A stretch of 64,000 nucleotides of DNA from Vicugna vicugna (taxonomy: Eukaryota). Made by a program: the position numbers and the translations under genes. How positions within the stretch are numbered: position 1 is the stretch's first letter; each line of letters begins with the position of its first letter. Below, one piece after another: positions 25,301-35,317 of this stretch. The DNA lies in assembly GCA_013265495.1 (NCBI GenBank), contig MU058252.1:560001-624000 (forward strand). The letters run 5' to 3'. The notes under the pieces were generated by a model. That model was given only the letters and a program-made list of their open reading frames with translations. It ran no database searches and was not told the origin of the DNA.

Positions 25301-28300
25301 TTTTTGTACATCATGGCCCTGAGCACAGGCCAGTCTCTCATCTGGCAGAAAGAAACAGACTAAAGAAACCAGGGTCACCTACAGTGCTGAAGTATTTAGG
25401 GGTCGTGAGAGTCAGCATGGCAGCTTCCTGAGAGGTGCTCACTGCCTGTTCTGGCCATACGTAGCCATCAGCCCTGACTTTGGAACCCAGTTCTCTCTCA
25501 TGAGGTTTGACTCTACTGTGGCCATAAAATATTTCTGCAATACTCACTGTCGTTTCTTTGATTTATTTTCCTAATTCTTTCTAGAATAAAGGGAAGTGTC
25601 AGAAAATAATTTCCTTATGTATATCTACATGGTTAAAAGAAAACTGACTTAGACATTTATAATCAAAGAAAAAGTTCTTTGAGGCCCCAGCTTTGTGTCA
25701 GCTCAGAGTTAGATGGCGCCTGAGTCCTGTGTCTACCGGCTGGCAGCATCTTTCTCTGCTTGAGTGTTACTTGTGCGTCTTAGCCTTTTGAAATAGAAGT
25801 GGAAGAAATTGGAAATTTCTGGAATTGAAAGCAGAGGATGGGACAGGGTAAAGGCATTTTACACGGGATGTGTATGTGAATAAAAGTCGAAATGTGAGTG
25901 ATACGGAGTAGTTTTGCTGACCTCTGATTTTTGTGGTGAAGCAGGTAAGGTCAGCTTGATGGAGCTGGGGCCTGGGAGGTGGAGCCTGACTGGGTGGGGG
26001 AAGCGGCCACTGCTGCTTGTGAGTAGGTGGGTGAGATGATGAAGCCCACAACATGTGCAGAAGGGGTTGGAGTTGGGGAGACTGGCCGCTAGGGGGCAGT
26101 TAGAGATGCAGGGGGTGCAGACAGCGGGCCAGATGAAGTCAAGGGGCCCGGGAGCTGGCCAGCAGAGCTGCCGAGGTTACTCCCAGGTAAGTGTTGTAAA
26201 TAACCACAGACATTACAGCCTGAGAGTGTCTTCATGCTTGGAAACGTTCTGGAAACGTTCCATCTGCCTACTCCTACCAGCTGGGAATGTTTGGTTCCAT
26301 GATGAGGGTTCCTTTCTTTTCCTGAGAGACGAGGCCATGTTCTTGCTGACAAGTGTAGAGGGGGCCCTGGGTTGAGTCACGGAGGCAGGAGTAGACACAT
26401 CAGAGGAGGAAAGGCTGTTTTTCGTGCTGTCCTCCCTGTGTTGGGGCGAGGGCTGACCGTCTCTAGAATGTGCAGAAACCTTCATCCCAGCTACACTGTC
26501 GGTGACAACCTTAACCATGTCACTTAACTGTCTTGAGAGAGTTCTGTCTTGTCATTGGCAAAATGATGAGGTTGGACTGAATTAGTGGCTTTTGAACTTT
26601 AGTTTTTTTGGTTTTTTTTTTAAAGCAGCAGAAATCCTTTTAAAATGATACTTGTTTTCAGAATGAATTCAGAACTCTCCTCATTGGGTTGGGGCAGGGA
26701 GGGGAGGAGACCGACCCTTCTGCGGCCTTTCTCAGGCTCTGGCAGCAGCACCAGGCACCTCAGAGATTCAGAGTCGAGAACCACAGGATTAGGTGACCTT
26801 TGACACCTGACCTCGAGCATTCTGGAGGTTTTAAATGGACTAATAGGCCCTAGGAGGCACCTAAGGTCCTTGCTACCGAGAAAGGTGGGGGGATCAGTAG
26901 CTTTGGCGCCACCCAGGAACCACTCATCCCCCTCACCCCCTCCATGGTCCCCACATTCAGTCACATTTCACCAAGATCCCAGGTGATTCCTCAGAGGCTG
27001 AGAATCTCTCCCACCCATGCAGGAAGCTCTGTCACCCCCTCCCTAGGAGAAGGTCCGTCCACCTGTCTGTGGGATGGCAGTGGTGCACTCGCTGGTTCCC
27101 AGTGGTCTGTTCTGGCACCACATGGTGGTAACTGTGACGCTGTCTTCCCTCGCTGGACTCAGGTCTCTGGCTCCCGCTGGGCCACCCCAGGAGCGGCACG
27201 GTGCACAGTCTCTGCCCTGGTGGCCCACATGCTGTTGGCTGGGCGGGGCAGGTGGAGGTCACCTCACCTCTTGGTTTTCACTTTACTTGGTGACCCCCCA
27301 GAATCCTCTAGACCAGAGATTGAGAAGGCTTTTGACAGACTCTCAATTCCAAACTCGGTGACTCTGCTACTTTCCTTAAGGAATTGGACCAAATAAGGAA
27401 GGAGGAGAGAGAGAAGAAGAGACGCCGCCTGGAGAACATAAACTATTTGAAAGAAATGGGCTACTCCACGCATGCAGCCAAGCAGGCGCTCCACCAGGCG
27501 GTCGGGAACCTGGAGGAGGCCCTGAAGGTGAGCCGGCCCCGGCCCCAGCCCCAGCCCCAGCCTCCTCCACTCTGATGTTCCCTTGTCCTTCGGTGAAGCC
27601 CAGGGCCTCGCTGCTGCAGGCTTTCCTCCCCGTTTCTGGTGTGGATCCGAGGGTCAGAGCTCTCTTGCTCCAACCCAGTAGCAGAGCCAGGAGGACTAGC
27701 CCCACCTCAGTGCCCACCCGCAGTTCGGCAGGGCTCCCAGGGCAGGAACTTTGTGTGAGGTTTCTGTTTGCAGAGGAGGAGTTTAAACAATAACATGGAA
27801 GGAAAGAAAGGTGATTAAAGTTTTAGTACAATCTTTTTGAATTACAGTATTTTATTTGATTGTCTACTTTTATTCTTTTACTTAGTCAACAGGATATTGT
27901 TGGCAAAGGGGTGTTTTAAATAAATCCTCAGAGGTGACTAAACAGGTTGGAGTCCAGATTAGTAGTAGCTCTGCCTGGGTCTGCATGCTTTCCAGTGTTT
28001 GTTCAGGGAGCAGATTGGATACTAACCAGGCAGGTGCTGTGCTGAATCTCAGCAGGTGAAGCGGGAGGTGACGTCTGCCCCGGGAGCCCACGGGCTAGCG
28101 GGGAGACAGACACAGCACAGTGGGGTGAGGGCTGCCATATGGGAGCACAGCAGATGGGGGAGCAGGGGCTGCAAGCTGAGTCGTGAGGGAATTGCAGGCT
28201 GAGGAGAAGCGCTCTGGGCAGATGCAGGGGCAGCGTGAAGGGTGAAGACGAGCCCCTGAGGGAGTTGAGCCCCAGGGTTGCTGAGGTCTTGGTTCTGTGC

Positions 28301-30877
28301 TTGCTGGAGGTGGGGCCGTGGGGGGTGGGGAGTGGCCAGAGACGGGGCTGGACGGGTAGGCGGGGACGAGCTGGGCGGTGTCATCCTGTTGGCCCTGCTC
28401 AGGAGGACACACTGGATCCTGCCGGCAGCGGGGCCTGACCTGCCTTTGCCTTTTATTCTCAGGACCTCCCGTCCCATTCTGCAAAAGTCCCCATTTGTCA
28501 CTGCAGTTGACCCTTGAACAACATGGGTTCAAACTACGTGGGTCCATTTATACATGGATTTTTTCAGCAGTAAATGCTGTACAGTATTGCTCAATCCACG
28601 GATGTGGAACAACCGTGGATACGGAGGGAGAGCCCGCGGTAAGTTATACGTGGATTTTCACTGCGACGGGGGCCAGCGCCCCCAGCCTGTGTTGTTCAAG
28701 GGTCAGCTGAATTTTCAAATATATGTGTGTATATATATTTTTTTTAGCTTAAAAATGTTATTTGGATATCTAATTTGGTTTTTTGGAGAAATAAAGAACC
28801 AGAAAATTCTGAATATGTGAAGGGACTGATGGAGCTCAAAAATAGTTTTTAATTATACAAATAATACGTAAATACATTTGATCAATACAGAAATATTTAA
28901 TGTTAAAAGGGAAATTCCCCAACAGGGCTTTTAAGGTTAAGTATCATGTGACAGTGAAATCAAGGGTCCAGAGGACTCTGCTCTCCTTGAGGTTTTAAGT
29001 CTGCAGCATGACCCTTCCAAAGAGAAACTGCACTGCACAGCCCTGGATTGCTGTTTACACCTTATAGCTTTCTGTTTATAGCTTCTTATGACCTTGTCGC
29101 CCCCGAGGCTCAGCTCTAACAAACCTGTTTTCTTGGAATCCTCCTTCTATCCGCTCTCCCGAATCCTTTCCTGCTTACTCAGAAGCAACCTTTTTGCCTG
29201 AAGGATGAACAACATCCTTCACACCTCAACTTGGACATGACCTTTGGCAGGAACCTTCTTTGAACAGCAGCCTCCCAGACACCGGCCTGGTTAAGGGTCC
29301 CCTTTTTTCTGCTCCCATAGTGCCCTCAGCCTGATTCCCCACAATATCCACCTGTTTGTGTGTCCTCCAGCTGTGTCTGCCCAGCACATACAGGTGCTCG
29401 GTCTCTGCCAGAGTGAGCGAGCAGGTGCTGGTGATGAGTAAAGGCGCGTCCTGTACGTTTTCAGATTCTTCTCAGTAACCCTCGGATGTGGTTGTTAAAT
29501 GACTCAGATCCTGAAACCAACAAGCATCAAGAAAGTCCTTCTCAGGAGAACATTGACCAGGTGAGTGAAGGTGCATTTGCGTCCTCTCTGCCTGGGCAAC
29601 CTCGTGTGGGGTTGGCTGGGGTGACGAGGTTGGCGGCAGGACAGGGCCGGAGCCTTGGCTCCCTGGACTCCAGGTGAGACTTCGGCCCACCGGAGGGGGC
29701 GGCCTAGCATGCAGTGGTCACAGCGGGTGGGTGCAGAACACGAGGTGTTCCCTTCAGGGTAGGAAACACAAGGAAGCAGCTGGAAGGTTTTCTCCAGGCT
29801 TTCTCTTTCACATGCACCACTTCACGCATCAGCTACCATTCCTGTCGGCCCCTTTCCCTGCCCGTGACCCAAGAGGACATCACTGTGGTGACTCTGTCCA
29901 CGTTTGCCCCCCTTCACAGCAGTCTACCTGCTACACGGGGGCACTGAACTGAAGGTGCTGGCCACTGGGTTTGTACAGACAGCGCCTCCTCTCAGCCCGT
30001 GAGCTGGCGGCCTTTCTGGGCTGCCTGGGCACTGACATAGGTGGCTCAAGTCTGCCTCGTTCCTTGCCAAGTTGCCTCACGTGCACACAGTGCAGGAAGG
30101 CCAGCGGTGCACGCGTGCAGCGGGTTTTTAAAACACACTCCCTCTAAGAGAAGGCTCTCCCAGCTCTGCGTGGAGGGGACAGGAGTGTTGGACGCGTGTC
30201 AGCTCCGTGTAGCTGAGGCCCGTCGGCAGTGCCCACCCCCTGTGCCCTCCCAGCTGGTGTACATGGGCTTCGACGCGGCGGCGGCCAGAGCGGCCCTGAA
30301 AGTGTTCAGGGGGAACGTCCAGCTGGCAGCCCAGACCCTCGCTCTCAATGGAGGAAGTCTCCCTCCCGACCTGCAGCTCTCGGTGGAAGATTCTTCACCA
30401 TCACCATCCACGTCCCCGTCTGACTCTGCAGGTAGGTCTGAGGGCTCTGAACACCAGGTGGGGCAGAGTGTTCAGCTCAAGTGGCAGCTGCCAGGTGGAG
30501 GGTACGACTTCTCCTAGGCTGATGTGGGGACTCAGACGGGCTTCCCAGATGTCCACGGCACGGCTTCTCGGGTGGCGTGGCCAGGCAAGGTGTAGCCAGG
30601 CAAGGTGTAGCCGAGGCTCCTGTGGGTCAGTTCAGTCTTTCCGTGGAATTTTCTTTCTTTTCCCTTAACTCGCTTGTTACCACACCTCTCCATCGCAGGT
30701 ACATCTAGTGCCTCAACTGATGAAGATATGGAGACAGAGGCTGTCAATGAGATACTGGAAGATATTCCAGAACATGAAGAAGATTATCTTGACTCAACTC
30801 TAGAAGATGAAGAAATTATTATTGCAGAGTACTTATCCTATGTAGAAAATATAAAGTCAGCAACAAAGAAAAACTAA
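7242..30877 (+). CDS. NUB1: NUB1 (negative regulator of ubiquitin-like proteins 1 / NEDD8 ultimate buster 1), spliced CDS of 14 coding exons, 614 aa, NUB1L-type
   Basis: join(7242-7358,9684-9851,11553-11611,12629-12699,15084-15266,15457-15548,17422-17528,22004-22190,22899-23006,23755-23907,27381-27527,29465-29560,30254-30431,30699-30877) = 1845 nt, all GT-AG with consistent phases. Translation runs [27 protein letters not shown]...[22 protein letters not shown], recognisably NUB1 (UBL domain, UBA domains, acidic C-terminus). Confidence 0.97.
8220..8902 (+). mobile_element. MER21-like LTR remnant
   Basis: ctcctaaaacccttggaa...ggatggggctggtt...ttggaactttcagccc...agagggctggagattgagtt...gaagctcctgc...ggacccttccagac; recognised as MER21C-like, boundaries approximate. 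Confidence 0.65.
9684..9851 (+). CDS. NUB1: NUB1 exon 3
   Basis: ttcatag|; [19 protein letters not shown]...[11 protein letters not shown]; |gtgagt. Confidence 0.95.
10370..10905 (+). mobile_element. Ancient L1 3' end (L1MB/MC-like)
   Basis: gagttaccatgtgacccagca...aaaaggaatgaagtactgata...ctagaataggcaaatccatagag...tttataaagctgttaaaaa. Confidence 0.75.
11553..11611 (+). CDS. NUB1: NUB1 exon 4
   Basis: ttttag|; [19 protein letters not shown]; |gtaagt. Confidence 0.95.
11630..11830 (-). mobile_element. MIR SINE remnant
   Basis: tttgatcctcac...tatgagaggagg...gggaaaattgcagctttgagg...agaactcaagcct. Confidence 0.5.
12629..12699 (+). CDS. NUB1: NUB1 exon 5 (UBL domain)
   Basis: tttacag|; [23 protein letters not shown]; |gtatgc. 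Confidence 0.95.
12735..12868. mobile_element. MER20 DNA transposon remnant
   Basis: gaagaggccaggggcactgctgaccatc...gcacagaacagccccc...gatgtcagtagtgctgctgagaaacc. Confidence 0.65.
13307..13692 (-). mobile_element. Young 5'-truncated L1 3' end with 12-bp TSD
   Basis: Antisense L1 3' UTR with T-rich tail; exact TSD TTGATTTTCTTG at 13295-13306 and 13693-13704. Confidence 0.85.
14824..14950 (+). mobile_element. tRNA-Ala-derived SINE (Vic-1-like)
   Basis: ggggagggtatagctcagtggtagagtgcatgcctagcatg...ttcaatccccagtacc; flanked by near-identical atattct(t)ta TSD. Confidence 0.9.
15084..15266 (+). CDS. NUB1: NUB1 exon 6
   Basis: tttacag|; [28 protein letters not shown]...RGLEILAER; |gtacac; lies within ORF 15026..15388. 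Confidence 0.95.
15457..15548 (+). CDS. NUB1: NUB1 exon 7
   Basis: ttgcag|; [30 protein letters not shown]; |gtaagt. Confidence 0.95.
16757..17345 (-). mobile_element. 5'-truncated L1 3' end with ~16-bp TSD
   Basis: Antisense L1 end (catccatgttgctgcaaatggc...aaatagtgctgctatgaacattggggtgcagg); TSD tagacttaatatactt (16741-16756) and tagatgtaatatactt (17346-17361). Confidence 0.85.
17422..17528 (+). CDS. NUB1: NUB1 exon 8
   Basis: ttcctag|; [35 protein letters not shown]; |gtaggc. Confidence 0.95.
19250..19910 (+). mobile_element. Ancient L1M 5' UTR/ORF1 remnant
   Basis: ggccaagatggagtaacagggactggatttaccctc...aggacagtgatcc; homologous by eye to 63160-63560. Confidence 0.6.
21414..21625. mobile_element. 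MER5-like hAT-Charlie MITE
   Basis: ggttctcaactt...ttagaatcacctgggga...caggtgattctaat...ggaaaccactg, with internal inverted repeats. Confidence 0.7.
21722..21753. repeat. (GT)n/(GC) microsatellite
   Basis: tgtgtgagtgtgtgtgtgtgtgtgcgcgtgcgc. Confidence 0.85.
22004..22190 (+). CDS. NUB1: NUB1 exon 9
   Basis: ccggcag|; [27 protein letters not shown]...[10 protein letters not shown]; |gtatgt. Confidence 0.95.
22899..23006 (+). CDS. NUB1: NUB1 exon 10
   Basis: ttttag|; [36 protein letters not shown]; |gtagga. Confidence 0.95.
23755..23907 (+). CDS. NUB1: NUB1 exon 11 (first UBA domain)
   Basis: ctgtag|; [51 protein letters not shown]; |gtacct. Confidence 0.95.
24760..25080 (-). mobile_element. 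MLT1-like (MaLR) LTR remnant
   Basis: gttaggatgcctttggttgaaggcaacaaaaag...aactggcttaaac...gaatttactggc; boundaries approximate. Confidence 0.45.
27381..27527 (+). CDS. NUB1: NUB1 exon 12 (second UBA domain, long form)
   Basis: ccttaag|; [49 protein letters not shown]; |gtgagc. Confidence 0.95.
28504..28709. mobile_element. Tigger2-derived MITE (TcMar-Tigger)
   Basis: TIRs CAGTTGACCCTTGAACAACA ... TGTTGTTCAAGGGTCAGCTG (1 mismatch in 20). Confidence 0.85.
29465..29560 (+). CDS. NUB1: NUB1 exon 13
   Basis: ttttcag|; [32 protein letters not shown]; |gtgagt. Confidence 0.95.
30254..30431 (+). CDS. NUB1: NUB1 exon 14 (third UBA domain)
   Basis: ctcccag|; [38 protein letters not shown]...SPSDSA; |gtaggt. 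Confidence 0.95.
30699..30877 (+). CDS. NUB1: NUB1 exon 15 (last coding exon)
   Basis: atcgcag|; [58 protein letters not shown] (TAA ends at 30877). Confidence 0.95.
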
Positions 30878-31558
30878 GTGATGAGTAGAAATCAGTACTA
30901 AGTTTCTGCTTATAAATTCTATCATTATGAAAAGTGCAACGCAGGTCTTTTTTTTCCTTACTTTTTATGTCATTTTGCTCCAGAGTGCTCCCTGCGTGGA
31001 GGGCTGGTGGGGCAGGCAGTGAGCAGGGATGTGGAGCCCAGGAGGAGACGTGGTCAGGTGGGGGTGGGGTGCTGCGAGGAGCTGCCGCTGGCCTGACCTT
31101 GCTGTGTCCCGCTGCCTTCAGGTGCTGTAGTTCTCATGCCGCCCTCTTGCTTGTCTTTTTCCTCCTGGAAATGGGAAGGTCTGGAGAATAGGGTGGCTCC
31201 TCGGCAGGGTCTCCGGAAGCACTGATGGGGAGGGAAAGCGGGACCTGTCTCCTCCTCTTCGTCTTGCCGGGCTCTCCTGCCCTCCTGAGCCCGCTGCCGA
31301 TGCTGCTGCTTCCCGTGATGCAGCTCTGCCTTCCTGCTTCACCGCCTCTGCCCCACCCCAAAAATGTCCTTTAGATCTTCAACCACTGCAAGTGCTTTGG
31401 GGGCCTAAAGATGAGGCCTCAGCTTCAGTAGCGATACCAAATTGTGGCTGATGCCCTCCACCTGTAACGCCAATGTTTTGTTCTTAGTTTAGTAAAATAG
31501 GCACTTGAAATTCAAGGTTGAAACTCAGAATTTATATGTATTCAAAATTCTTTACAAA

Positions 31559-31564
31559 AATAAA
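31559..31564 (+). terminator. Candidate proximal NUB1 polyadenylation signal AATAAA
   Basis: AATAAA followed by ATTAAA (31572-31577) in an AT-rich 3' UTR segment. Confidence 0.5.
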
Positions 31565-32095
31565 GTCTTTTATTAAATGGGAAAGTCTTAAATGCTAACC
31601 AAAGCAACTTATTTTTAATTAGCATTTTTAGACACAATGCTGTCATATTAAACTGACTGCTGGCTAAAATACCTATCAGAGATTAAGATATATTTTCTCC
31701 AGGTTTCTGTGGGGCTTTTGGGGTATATGACAGATGACTGTTTCTAAAGGTATGTATGTAGTCGGCCTCTTAATGGCTCAAATAACTGTTCTCACTGCAC
31801 CATGCGTTCCTCTGTGAACGTGTACTACATGAACGGCCCCTCCAGCACCAGGACGCAGCTGGTGGCAGCCTGGGCTGGATGAATCAAGTGCCAGATGTGT
31901 TCCCAAGACTCTTCCTGCCCTTCCAGTTCTGGAAGGACCTGTGACTGACGGAAGATGGGTCACGTTGCTGCCGTCAAGGGGCTGGCTGAAATGCTTCAAC
32001 TTTTTCACTGATCGTTTCATAAAGCTTGGCCAGCAGTCCAGTTTGGACAGGTGGAGGTCTTTTGTCATTCTTCTGTAGTGGATGATACAGACAGA

Positions 32096-32101
32096 AATAA
32101 A
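32096..32101 (+). terminator. Candidate distal NUB1 polyadenylation signal AATAAA
   Basis: AATAAA with GT-rich sequence downstream (gttgtc, tgttgtgagtgttg). Confidence 0.5.
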
Positions 32102-32290
32102 AGGTGGAAAATATATTCAAAAGTTGTCAGCCTAACTTTGCAGTGTTACAGACCCCTAAACTGTTGTGAGTGTTGAAAATCTGGGTGGTAGAGCTTTGAG
32201 ACGTTTGCTTCCGTTGACTTCTGCGAGGAAGTCAAATGCGTGCCCTCAAAAGGAACATCGAGGTCTGTTATTAAGCCAGTTGCATTCCCA

Positions 32291-34635
32291 TGATTCACCA
32301 CATCAATGAGAGGAAGTGCAAAAACCACCTGGTCGTCTCAATAGAGGCAGAAAAAGCATCTGATAAAATTCAACACCCATTTATGATAAAAACTCCTAGC
32401 AAAGTGGGTATAGAGGAGACATTTCTCAACATAATAAAGGCTGTTTATGACACATGTACAGCCAGCATAGTACTCCATGGTGAAACGTTGAAAGCCTTCC
32501 CGCTAAAATCCGGAATGAGACAAGGATGCCCATTCTCACCACTTCTAGTCAATATAGTATTGGAAGTCCTAGCCACAGTAATTAGACAAGAACTAAAAAG
32601 GACCCAGATTGGAAGAGAAGAGGCAGAATTGTCACTAAATGCGATGACATGATGCTATATATAGAAAACCCTAAAGACTCCACACAAAACTAGAGCTGAT
32701 AAAAGAATTTGGCAAGGTTGTAGGATACAAGATTAACATACACAAATAAGTTGCATTTCTTTAACAATGAAATAGCAGGAAAAGAAAGTAAAGAAACCCT
32801 TTAAAAATCATATCCAAAACAATAAGGTACTTAGGAATAACTCTGACCAAGGAAGTGAAAGACTTATACATGGAAACCTACAAAACCTTGATTAAGGAAA
32901 TTAAAGATGACTTCAAAGAAATGAAAAGATAGCCCATGCTCTTGGATTGGAAAAATCAGTATTAAAATGGTCATATTGCCCAAGGCAATCTACAGATTTA
33001 ATGCGATCTCTATCAAATTACCCAAGACAGTTTTCACAGAACTAGAACAAATAATCTTAAAATTGATATGGAATCACAAAAGATCCAGAATTGCCAAAGC
33101 AATACTGAAGAAAAAGAATGAAGGTAGAGAAATAACCCTCCCAGACTTCAGTAATCAAAGCTACAGTAATCAAAACAGTGTGATTTGGGCACAAAAACAG
33201 ACATACGGATCAGAATAGAGAGACCAGAAATAAACCCAGTCAACTGATCTTTGACAAGGGAGGCAAGAATATGGAAAAAAGACAGTCTCTTCAACAAATG
33301 GTGTAGGGAAAGCTGGATATCTGCAAGTAAATCAATGAAGTTAGAACACTCCCTCACACCAGACACAAAAATAAACTCAAAATGGCTTAAAGACTTAAAC
33401 ATAAGACACATAAACCTCCTAGAACAGAACATAGGCAAAACATTCCCAACACAAATCTCAGCAATGTTCCCCTAGGGCAGTCTACCCAGGCAATAGAAAT
33501 AAAAGCAAAAGTAAAGAAATGGGATCTAATTAAACTTAGGAGTTTTTGCACAGCAAAGGAAAGCATAAGTAAAATGAAAATACAACCTACGGACTGGGAA
33601 ACGTATCTGCAAACCATGTGACTGACAAGGGCTTAATTTCCAGAATATACAAACAGCTCATACAAGTCAATAATAAAAAACAATCCAATCAAAAAATGGG
33701 CAGAAGACCTAAAAAAAATTTCTCCAATGAAGACATACAAATGGCCAATAGGCACATGAAAAAATGCCCAATATCACTAATTAATCCAAGAAATGCAAAT
33801 CAATACTACAATGAGGAATCACCTCACATGGGTCAGAATAGCCATCATTAAAAAGTCCACAAATTATAAATGCTGCAGAGGGTGTGGAGAAAAGGGAACC
33901 CTCCTACACTGTTGGTGGGAGTGTAATTTGGTGCAGCCGTTATAGAAAACAGTATGGAGATTCCCTAAAAAGCTAAAAATGGACTTTCCAGCAATCCCCC
34001 TTCTGGGCATATATCTGGAGGAAACTCTAATTTGAAAAGATACATGCACCCCAATGTTCATAGCAGCACTATTTACAATAGCTGAGACATGGAAAAAACC
34101 TAAATGTCCATTGACAGATGACTGGATATAAAGAAGTTGTGAAGTTGGAATACACAATGGAATAATACTCAGCCATAAAAAGAATAAAGTAATGCCATTT
34201 GCAGCAACAGGGATGGACCTGAAGATCATCATACTATGCTCATCATCATTCTGGTGAAGTAAACCATAAAGAAAGAAAAATACTGTATGATATCACTTAT
34301 ATGTGGAACCTAAAAAAAAAAAACATGAACTTATTTACAGAACAGAGACAGACTCAGACATTGAAAACAAACATGGTTATCAGGGTAAAAAGGGAGTGGA
34401 GAGGAATAAATTGGGATTTATTGGGATTTAAGTTTGGGATTTGTAGATGCTAAGTACTATATATAAAATAAACAAGGTCCTACTGTATAGCACAGGGAAC
34501 TATATTCAACATCTTGTAATAATCTATAATGAAAAAGAATATGAAAAGAAATATATATATGTATAACTGAATCACTATGCTGTACCCAGAAATTAACACA
34601 ACATTGTAAATGACTATACTTCAATTAAAAAAAAA
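32291..34635 (+). mobile_element. 5'-truncated LINE-1 (ORF2 RT/C-terminal region, 3' UTR, polyA); inactive
   Basis: ORF fragments give L1 ORF2 peptides (IHHIN...[48 protein letters not shown]). The RT YADD motif is frameshifted at ~32640 (cta aat gc gat gac). Ends cttcaattaaaaaaaaa. Confidence 0.95.
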
Positions 34636-35199
34636 CACTGAGAGGAATCACATCAGGTATGAGACACCACAAATTTAAAAAAACAAAAGGAAATGTACAA
34701 AGGCTCTCAGCCAGGAAGGGGCTGGAGCGGGGGCAGTAAGACTAAGTGATGGGGAGACGCAGGGCTTGCTTTCCCAGCGTTGGAAATGGCTGATGCCTGA
34801 GGTGATGAGGGGTCTCTCAGCCTCATTTGAGACCATGTCAGACTCAGATTTGAGGCCTCGGTTGCAGTTTTTGGCTAACAAGCTAGTGTCCTGGGCTTGG
34901 GCCAGGTGCGGCTTCTAGCTTCTCAAATTGCTTCTTAAATACCATGGAAAAGGCCAGGGAAGCAAAGCCACACTAGCAGGTCTTTGCTCCATTTTCTTGT
35001 GAAGAAGATACAAAGACGCCAGTTCAGTTAGGGACAGTGCTGGGTGTACACTCCTCACAAGCAGGGCTGCCCGTCTCCATGAGTTGGGAGACGGGCTCTG
35101 GTCCTGGCTTGACGGGAAGTGTTACTCCCTGCTCTGAAATGGAAGAGAAGGAGCAAAGGACATTTGTGATGAAAATGCTGTTTATAGTAGACAGGGGGA

Positions 35200-35317
35200 G
35201 GGGAGGGTATAGCTGAGTGGCAGAGCTCATGCTTAGCGTGCATGGGGTCCTGGGTTCAATCCCCAGTACAGCCATTAAATAAATAAATACCTAATTACCT
35301 TCCCCCCAAAAAATAAA
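35200..35317 (+). mobile_element. tRNA-Ala-derived SINE (Vic-1-like)
   Basis: ggggagggtatagctgagtggcagagctcatgcttagc...gggttcaatccccagtac...aaataaataaatacctaattaccttcccccc. Confidence 0.9.

Noticed and set aside
32290..33851. Reverse-transcriptase-like ORFs as a novel RT or retron-type system
   Set aside because: These are ordinary LINE-1 ORF2 fragments with frameshifts, including one in the catalytic motif.
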